64,000 nucleotides of DNA from an uncultured Bacteroidales bacterium. Its GTDB lineage: Bacteria; Bacteroidota; Bacteroidia; Bacteroidales; Paludibacteraceae. Shown one piece after another: positions 57,724-64,000 of the stretch; position 1 is the stretch's first letter; each line of letters begins with the position of its first letter. The stretch lies in contig CACXCA010000005.1 of assembly GCA_902766045.1 (NCBI GenBank), positions 1,704 to 65,703 on the forward strand. The letters are read 5' to 3'. Under the pieces are notes generated by a model, which worked only from the letters and a program-made list of their open reading frames with translations, was not told the origin of the DNA and did not search any database. A program made the translations under genes and the position numbers.

Positions 57724-59643
57724 ATGAGGAACTTATTTCTCATATTGTGTTTGTTGTTGAGTACACCTCTTTATTCTCAGAATGATTCCCTACAAATACA
57801 TGAATTACAGGAGGTGGAGGTCTCTACTTTTCGCCCTATCTCCAATGAAGCTTTTTCGGGGACTACGGTTCTGTCGGCTCCGACGGAGGTGCTGTCTCAA
57901 TATCAAAATGCCTCTCTTTCTGATTATCTGGCGGCAGGAACTCCCTTGTTTATTAAAGAATCAGGTTATGGAATGTTGTCAACGCTTTCTCTACGGGGTA
58001 CTGCAGCTTCTCATACTAAGGTGAATTGGGAGGGTGTCCCTATCAATTCTCAGACGATGGGACAGGTGGATTTCAGTCAGTTGCCTATCCTTTTTTTCGA
58101 TGAAGTGTCGATTTATCCTGGTGGTGAATGTGCAGTTCATGGCAATGGCGCGATTGGGGGAGCTGTTTCTCTGAAAGGAAAGGTCTTGTTTAAGGATACA
58201 ATGTCATTACAAATCCATTCAACAGTTGGTTCTTTTGCCACTCTACACGAAGCAGTGAAATGTATGGTAAGTACCCCCAGGATACATTCCACTACAGCTT
58301 TATATTATAGGAAATCGGACAATGATTTCCCGTTCTATTTTAGGAAGGAAAAACAGTATCAGCAGAACGCTTCTTTTTATGATTATGGTGTGATGGAGAA
58401 TTTGGCATTCCGTATCTCGCCTCGTCAAGTGTTAAGCGCAAAACTGTGGCATACATATTACGATAGGAATATTCAGCCAATGATGCAGAATAACCAGAAC
58501 AGTGCCAAGTATGAATCCATTTCTAATCAATCCACAAAGTTATGGCTGGACTATGCTCATTATACTCCGCTTTTATGGAATGTGCGCTTGGGTTGGCAAG
58601 CCGATGATCAGTTATATGAATCGCATAAGATAGCTACCGATGATTGGTTCATGCAAACTTCGGTGGAGAAGTCATGGAAGAAAAAATCGGTAGTGGATGC
58701 CTCGCTGAAGTTTGGAGGTGAGGTGCATGTGATTCGTCCGGAGGTATATGCTTATTTGGACACATCAGTGGAATGTCGTTCCGATGTATATCTTTTGTCT
58801 AAATTTACTTTTCTGAATAAGCTAGACCTGACATGTAATCTGAGAAAAGATTTTGTGTCGGATCAAATTGTTCCGTTCTCGCCTTCGTTTAGTTTGTCAT
58901 ATTGGTTTGTGAAAAAAGAATTCACACGTTTGTCTGCGGGAATGGGTTGTTCCCGTAATGTAAATGTGCCTACGTTGAATGATAGGTATTGGGGAATGAT
59001 TGACAATCGTGATTTGCGTCCTGAAAAAGGAGCCAACACGGAGTTGAATATTGGATTTGAAAAGATGATACGCAAATATCAGTTATCTGCACAATCATCT
59101 CTTTATCGAAATTCGGTGACAGATTGGATCTTATGGATGCCAAGAGGAAATATTTGGAAACCAGTTAATCTAGACCATGTGTTGGCAAAGGGGTTTGAAC
59201 TCTCTATTGTGCAGAAACTATTGATGAAAAAGAGTTCGGTTTCGCTTGATGTCCATTATGCATATAATCATACGGAGGTGAAGGAAGGATTTGCTGAGAT
59301 GAAACCTTTTGAGAATCGACAGACTCCATTATTGCCGTCTCAAACGCTATCAACTACTCTGTATGGTTCCGTTGGTAATTTTCATTATACACTCCTAGGC
59401 AAATGGGTGGGGGAGCGGAATACGACAGATGTGTTTGAACAGTTAGATCCTTATTTCTTGATGAATGTTGCGGCGGATTATTCTTTCGAGCTGAAAAAAC
59501 GTGATCGGAAGTTTCTGTATGTTATTGACGTAGGCTCTCAGGTGAATAACTTACTGGATGTTGCTTATTATACAATGCCTTATCGAGCTATGCCGATGAG
59601 ACATTTTGTATTTTTTGTAAAACTATATATGAATAAGAATTGA
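57724..59643 (+). CDS. TonB-dependent receptor (small, BtuB/CirA-size)
   Basis: Signal peptide ..STPLYS|Q. Plug motifs 'LSTLSLRGTAASHTKVNWEGVPINS' and 'GGAVSLK' are followed by a long beta-barrel region with alternating aromatic residues. Confidence 0.8.
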   Translation: MRNLFLILCLLLSTPLYSQNDSLQIHELQEVEVSTFRPISNEAFSGTTVLSAPTEVLSQYQNASLSDYLAAGTPLFIKESGYGMLSTLSLRGTAASHTKVNWEGVPINSQTMGQVDFSQLPILFFDEVSIYPGGECAVHGNGAIGGAVSLKGKVLFKDTMSLQIHSTVGSFATLHEAVKCMVSTPRIHSTTALYYRKSDNDFPFYFRKEKQYQQNASFYDYGVMENLAFRISPRQVLSAKLWHTYYDRNIQPMMQNNQNSAKYESISNQSTKLWLDYAHYTPLLWNVRLGWQADDQLYESHKIATDDWFMQTSVEKSWKKKSVVDASLKFGGEVHVIRPEVYAYLDTSVECRSDVYLLSKFTFLNKLDLTCNLRKDFVSDQIVPFSPSFSLSYWFVKKEFTRLSAGMGCSRNVNVPTLNDRYWGMIDNRDLRPEKGANTELNIGFEKMIRKYQLSAQSSLYRNSVTDWILWMPRGNIWKPVNLDHVLAKGFELSIVQKLLMKKSSVSLDVHYAYNHTEVKEGFAEMKPFENRQTPLLPSQTLSTTLYGSVGNFHYTLLGKWVGERNTTDVFEQLDPYFLMNVAADYSFELKKRDRKFLYVIDVGSQVNNLLDVAYYTMPYRAMPMRHFVFFVKLYMNKN

Positions 59644-59716
59644 TTATTTTGTTAATTTTGTACATGCATTTCAATTGAATGATTTTGATGAAAAATTTTT
59701 AATGTAATATAATTAT

Positions 59717-60820
59717 ATGAATCGATTCAGTTTTAAATTTTTAGGATGGGCTGTTGTAGCTTCTGTTTTATTCTTTTCATGTGAAAAGACAGAAGAAGGA
59801 GGAGAAGAATTAGTTCCTCAGAAAACAGTGAAATGTTTGGTTGTTAACCAAGGAAATTACAGCGATGCAAACGGAGGAATCTCTGTTTTGTATAGTGATG
59901 GATCGCTTGTTAATCAAGCTTATCAAAACGCAAATGGTGAACCTTTGGCAGCTATTGTTGAGTCTGCTGTCGATTGTGGTAATACGTGGGCATTGATGTG
60001 CGCTAATGAAGACAAAATTGAGTTTTTGGATAAAAACACATTTAAGTCAGTTGCTGTGGTAAAGGGCATCTCTACTCCACGTTATGGTGCAGTTGTAGGA
60101 AACGCATTGTACGTTACCTCTTCTGATTTCTATAACTTAAGCACCAATGGTTTGTATAAAATAGATCTTTCCACATATAAACAAACAGATTATTATCCGC
60201 TGGAAGGAACTCCTGAAGGTGTTATTTATTATGATGATTGCTTGTGGGTGGCTTCTGCTTTATATAATGCAGAAACATGGGCATCATACGATCCGTATGT
60301 GTGTCGTTTCCAATTGAAAAACGACATGAAAAAGGATGTATATAAGTTGGAAGGCTCTACAATGGCAGCTCGTCATCTTGCAGTGGATAAAAATGGAACG
60401 ATTTGGGCTTCCTTATCAGCTTATGGTATGGATGGACAATTGGTTCAAGTGGATACAACGGAACGTAAGTTGGATAATGAGATTACATTGGCTCAGCTGA
60501 ATTACCCAGGACATATCTATGCATCTAGCACAGGAGATCAGATTTATTATATGACAACAGATGGATATAGTGCTGGAGGTGCTGAAGAAATAACTACGAT
60601 TAAGACGATTGATGTGACTTCAAAGAGCATCACTACGGTTGTGAGTGGAAACGGATTCTATGGCTTTGGTGTCGATGGAACAACAGGAGATATCTATACA
60701 GCAAATGTTAACGGATTCCAGACAAATGCAACGATGTATATCTACACATCAACTGGTGAACAAAAGAATGAGGGTGATCTAGTAGGTGTCGGTGCATGTC
60801 GCTTCCTTTTCCCTAAATGA
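59717..60820 (+). CDS. Surface lipoprotein, probable YncE-like beta-propeller, a putative partner of the adjacent TonB-dependent receptor
   Basis: Lipobox VLFFS|C. Short strand-turn units recur (..LYVTSS.., ..LWVASA.., ..IWASLS.., ..IYYMTT.., ..IYTANV..), consistent with propeller blades. Confidence 0.45.
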   Translation: MNRFSFKFLGWAVVASVLFFSCEKTEEGGEELVPQKTVKCLVVNQGNYSDANGGISVLYSDGSLVNQAYQNANGEPLAAIVESAVDCGNTWALMCANEDKIEFLDKNTFKSVAVVKGISTPRYGAVVGNALYVTSSDFYNLSTNGLYKIDLSTYKQTDYYPLEGTPEGVIYYDDCLWVASALYNAETWASYDPYVCRFQLKNDMKKDVYKLEGSTMAARHLAVDKNGTIWASLSAYGMDGQLVQVDTTERKLDNEITLAQLNYPGHIYASSTGDQIYYMTTDGYSAGGAEEITTIKTIDVTSKSITTVVSGNGFYGFGVDGTTGDIYTANVNGFQTNATMYIYTSTGEQKNEGDLVGVGACRFLFPK

Positions 60821-60843
60821 TCATTGACGATTAAGACGAATAG

Positions 60844-60876
60844 CGGGTTGGACAGTTGTCTGACCCGTTTTTTTTT
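60844..60876 (+). terminator. Rho-independent terminator
   Basis: The CGGGTTGGACA..TGTCTGACCCG stem (with two G-U pairs) is followed by T9. Confidence 0.75.
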
Positions 60877-61003
60877 GTATGTGAATTAAATCTATTTAAC
60901 AAAAATTTGTATTTCGATGGGTTATTTTGTATTTTTGTACGTTGGATATAGTTATAAAATTATTATTTCACAACGTAGTTATTCTAAAAAAACACATATA
61001 ACC

Positions 61004-64000
61004 ATGAAAAAGAAATATACATTACATAAATGTGTTGTGTTTTTATCCCTTTTGCTATCTTGCTTAACTGCAAAGGCAGTTCCAGTACATATTAACTCGG
61101 GAAATCCGGCTTTCCCTTTTCCTCAGTTTTTGGAGTACACCTATGGGGCGAGTCATAGATTGGGCAACTTGGGCACGAAGAATGCGGAAGGTGTTGTCCA
61201 TGCTGAATTGGAGCAGGATATCCGTGACGCCTATCAGGTCCATGCCAACGAGTTCGCCTACACGGGCGATTCATGGGGTGGTTACAAATACATCTGGACA
61301 CCATACAAATCCGCATACGATTGTACCGAGGGTGATGGTTACGGACTCTTGGCCGCTGCCTACATGGGCGATGCGGTGACGTTCAATGGCTATTGGATGT
61401 GCACGCACGACAAGAGACGTAACAGGTCTAAGAAGTATTCGTCTTGCACGGATATCGCACCTGATTATGCGTATGGCCCGTTTGCGATCGGTGATAATGG
61501 CCCTGGTGGTAACACGGCGGCCGACGGAGATGTGGATGTGGCCCTGGCCCTTTATGTGGCGTACAAGCAGTGGGGTGAGTTCATGCGCGATTTGGATGGA
61601 AACATCGTGAATGACGCCTGCGGAAACCCTATCTCGTACAAGGAGGCGATGATTGAGGTGATCCGCGGTCTGGTCGCTTTGAGCACAAAGTTCCCGACGG
61701 AGAACCCTATGCGCGTCAATTCCGGATTGATCGGTTTGGATGGCTATCCGAAGGGCGGTGATACGTGGAACGAGCAGACGCATTTCGTGACGACCGCCAA
61801 TCCTATAACGGTTGATGGCAAGATCTATGATCTGACAAGGGCGGGCGTGGGCAATGCGATGGCACAGGTGGACGTGACGGGCGTTTCCCTCTATCCTGAG
61901 TTCCAGGGAGGTAATAAACAGCATATCGATTACGATGCCCCTGCTTATTTCCGTGAGTTCTGGGAGTTGTTCGAGGAATTGGGCGGTGATCCGTTCGAAA
62001 TCGAGCAGTTCAAGCGCGGTGAAGCCTCTTCCGATTGGCTGATTGGTAACCTGATCTCGAAAAACGCGAAGGCGATCCCTACCGCTGGTTGGAGCGAAGT
62101 GAGCGACGATGGCTCTACCACATCCTATTCGAACTTTAACCAAGGTGAGGATTACCGTTGCTCTTGGCGTACCATCAGCAACCACACATGGCATGGAAAT
62201 CCTGTCAATACATGGAACCCGAAGACGCATAAGGCGGAGTCGGGCTCTAATACATACGAGTATGACGCGGCGGTCCGCTTGTCCGAGTTCCTGAACGACC
62301 CTGCCCATTGGAATGAATCGGCGGGCTCCAAGTGTATCACTTACGGTGACCCTAAGATCCCATACTCGGGACCTGCCACGCTGAATATCCAGTACGACCC
62401 GATGACGGGTATCACCCAGTCTGATTTCTATGTGCTGAACTGGCAGGTGGGAACTGGTACTTTCGCGGCGGTCTCCGCACAAGACTTTGACCTCATGGGC
62501 CTCTTGTATCGCCAGTGCGCCATCGAGTGGGACGTGACGACGGGTGGTGACTGCTACCTGACCTCGGTTTCCAACTATATGCATGGTTGGGCGCGCCATT
62601 TGGGTATGATGGTGACTTCGGGTAATTACCATGCGCCAAGTCAGATGAATCCGTCGGCGAATATGAAAATCTATCGCTCCATCGAGGATTCCGTGACCTA
62701 TTGTTACACAGGTGACCAAATCAAGTTCGTGTTGGATTACCGTAACTATGGTACGGTGGATGCTGAGGATGTGAAGATCGTGGAGAAAGTCCCTTCCGAT
62801 TTCGTCTTCGTTGAGGCTTCCTCCGGAGGTGTGTATGATAAGGCGACACATACCGTCACCTGGAACATAGGAAAGGTGTCGGGATTCAAAAGCGACAATA
62901 AGGAGGGCGTCGAATTGGACTTCAAATCCGGTAATTTGGCGAAGACCATCGGCCAGGTGTGGTATAAACTGCGTGCGGGTGATAAGGCGTCCGGCAGGTA
63001 TTGTACCACGGCGGAAATCACTTGCTCCAATGGCTTGGGATGGACTACCAATGAATATCCTAACTTCAGGACTCCTACCATGCAACGTAACTGCGTGGAC
63101 GTGGTGGCTCGCTCCTTGCTCATATCCAAGGATGTGGACCGCCGTAGGGTGAATGACGGAAACATGGCGACCTACACGATTAAGTTCGAGAACTCTTCGG
63201 AGGCGGGATGGATCGATGGCGGTCGTCCTCGTGTGAATGTCTCCTTCGCGAACGGTCAGGATGGCGCTCGCCTCCAGCTGATGGCTCGCTTGTGGAATGA
63301 TGCGATCGAACCATACATCAACTATGGTAATTACCGTATTTCCTACTATCTGTATGACGCTAGCATAAACTGTTATGCGGGTGAGGGTGATTGTACTACG
63401 GGATGGGGCTTGTCCACTGAAATCTATGAGGGTAACAAGGCTATCGGTAGTGCGGAGGGTATCACGGTCTCCCATGAGAATATTGTCGAAGGTAGTGATG
63501 AGTATGGTAAGTGGAACCAACGTATGTGTATCCAGTTCGCACCGTTGCTGGTGACTACTACTATGCATGTCTCCCGTTACTTCGGAGGTGCGGGTTGCCG
63601 TATCCATAAGGGAGGTTTCTCCCCTATGCGTGGCGTATGGGCTCTGTACCCGAGCAACTATGGAGCGGTGAACTGGAATGACGATTGGTCGTGGAGCGCT
63701 TCGTATAATTCGGAAAAGGATGGCTTGTTTTATCCTGTGACTCCTTCTTGGCAGAAACTGGATGAGAAGGGTAAGTCCATAGAAGAACCAGTGAACAAAT
63801 GGTTGACTTGCGGTTGTACGGAGTCCAGTAAGACAGTGCCAAATATCTTGGTGGAGGAGTATGACGGCTACGTGTGGCGCCGTATCTTGGGCAATGGCCC
63901 GATGGCTGGACGTGACGTGGATAATGTGGTGATCAGGGATACGCTCCCTAAGGGATTGAAGTTCGGCGAGTTCGTGAACGAGTGCCCGTTGAGCGACCCT
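61004..64000 (+). CDS. GC-rich secreted protein, 3'-truncated by the window edge: GH8-like (alpha/alpha)6 glycoside hydrolase domain followed by DUF11-like beta-sandwich repeats. It is NOT in the supplied ORF track.
   Basis: I translated 999 codons from ATG 61004 by hand and found no stop up to nt 64000. Signal peptide MKKKYTLHKCVVFLSLLLSCLTAKA. 'CTEGDGYGLLAAAY' (Glu codon 61328-61330) and 'TAADGDVDVALALYVAYKQW' (Asp codons 61523/61529) approximate the GH8 signatures (SEGQGYGM; A-[ST]-D-[AG]-D-x2-[IM]-A..). From ~62680 on, 'GDQIKFVLDYRNYGTVDAEDVKIVEKVPSDFVFV..', 'GNMATYTIKFENSS' and 'DVDNVVIRDTLPKGLKF' look like DUF11 repeats. An in-frame ATG at 60917 is a less likely alternative start. Confidence 0.85.
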   Translation, partial: MKKKYTLHKCVVFLSLLLSCLTAKAVPVHINSGNPAFPFPQFLEYTYGASHRLGNLGTKNAEGVVHAELEQDIRDAYQVHANEFAYTGDSWGGYKYIWTPYKSAYDCTEGDGYGLLAAAYMGDAVTFNGYWMCTHDKRRNRSKKYSSCTDIAPDYAYGPFAIGDNGPGGNTAADGDVDVALALYVAYKQWGEFMRDLDGNIVNDACGNPISYKEAMIEVIRGLVALSTKFPTENPMRVNSGLIGLDGYPKGGDTWNEQTHFVTTANPITVDGKIYDLTRAGVGNAMAQVDVTGVSLYPEFQGGNKQHIDYDAPAYFREFWELFEELGGDPFEIEQFKRGEASSDWLIGNLISKNAKAIPTAGWSEVSDDGSTTSYSNFNQGEDYRCSWRTISNHTWHGNPVNTWNPKTHKAESGSNTYEYDAAVRLSEFLNDPAHWNESAGSKCITYGDPKIPYSGPATLNIQYDPMTGITQSDFYVLNWQVGTGTFAAVSAQDFDLMGLLYRQCAIEWDVTTGGDCYLTSVSNYMHGWARHLGMMVTSGNYHAPSQMNPSANMKIYRSIEDSVTYCYTGDQIKFVLDYRNYGTVDAEDVKIVEKVPSDFVFVEASSGGVYDKATHTVTWNIGKVSGFKSDNKEGVELDFKSGNLAKTIGQVWYKLRAGDKASGRYCTTAEITCSNGLGWTTNEYPNFRTPTMQRNCVDVVARSLLISKDVDRRRVNDGNMATYTIKFENSSEAGWIDGGRPRVNVSFANGQDGARLQLMARLWNDAIEPYINYGNYRISYYLYDASINCYAGEGDCTTGWGLSTEIYEGNKAIGSAEGITVSHENIVEGSDEYGKWNQRMCIQFAPLLVTTTMHVSRYFGGAGCRIHKGGFSPMRGVWALYPSNYGAVNWNDDWSWSASYNSEKDGLFYPVTPSWQKLDEKGKSIEEPVNKWLTCGCTESSKTVPNILVEEYDGYVWRRILGNGPMAGRDVDNVVIRDTLPKGLKFGEFVNECPLSDP

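Noticed and set aside
61271-63607. 778-aa minus-strand ORF listed in the track
   Set aside because: It lies exactly antisense to the motif-rich plus-strand gene starting at 61004. Its translation is Arg/His/Thr/Val-rich with no recognisable domain, which makes it a typical shadow ORF of a GC-rich gene.
60821-64000. Calling the GC-rich segment a mobile element or genomic island
   Set aside because: The window shows no integrase, transposase, direct repeats or tRNA attachment site, and only one boundary is visible, inside a CDS. It is reported as a compositional anomaly rather than as a mobile_element feature.

Overview
Low-GC chromosomal window, by all signs from a Bacteroidota (Bacteroidales-like) genome. 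Supporting signs are TAnnTTTG/-33 TTTG promoter motifs, T9SS C-terminal sorting domains, signal peptides cleaved before Gln, a glutaminyl cyclase and a Wzx/Wzy polysaccharide locus. No searches were run; every call rests on reading the translated ORFs and the DNA by eye.

Layout:
(1) 2-12021: a tightly packed plus-strand cluster of surface or T9SS-cargo-like genes. It holds a 5'-truncated MBG-like repeat adhesin, a YD-repeat lipoprotein, a GLUG-motif protein and an outer-membrane beta-barrel fusion, followed by a TtcA-like PP-loop ATPase and then pfkA.
(2) 13675-38526, minus strand: one uninterrupted 24.8-kb ORF of about 8,280 aa. It has a signal peptide, a Cys/Tyr-rich N-terminal head, roughly 85-90 tandem Ig-like Cys-pair modules (a length estimate, not a count) and a textbook T9SS type-B (SprB/CHU_C-type) C-terminal domain.
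(3) tRNA-Glu(CUC), a glutaminyl cyclase, and an eight-gene, very AT-rich Wzx/Wzy-type polysaccharide locus (40106-48069).
(4) Housekeeping genes: rsmG, pcm, an orphan ABC ATPase, an acyltransferase, asnS, argS, HU and two tandem rhomboids. A DUF2958-like gene and a TonB-dependent receptor plus beta-propeller lipoprotein pair also sit here.
(5) From 61004 to the window end: a GC-rich plus-strand gene of at least 999 codons that is absent from the supplied ORF track because it has no stop in the window. The 778-aa minus-strand ORF listed there is its antisense shadow. It encodes a GH8-like domain followed by DUF11-like repeats. Its AT-rich signal-peptide codons switch abruptly to GC-rich codons about 100-140 nt into the CDS.

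Also notable: a 26-bp GC-rich palindrome occurs twice (13551, 52839) with a compensatory stem change, and the giant type-B cargo gene has no adjacent porP/sprF-like partner.
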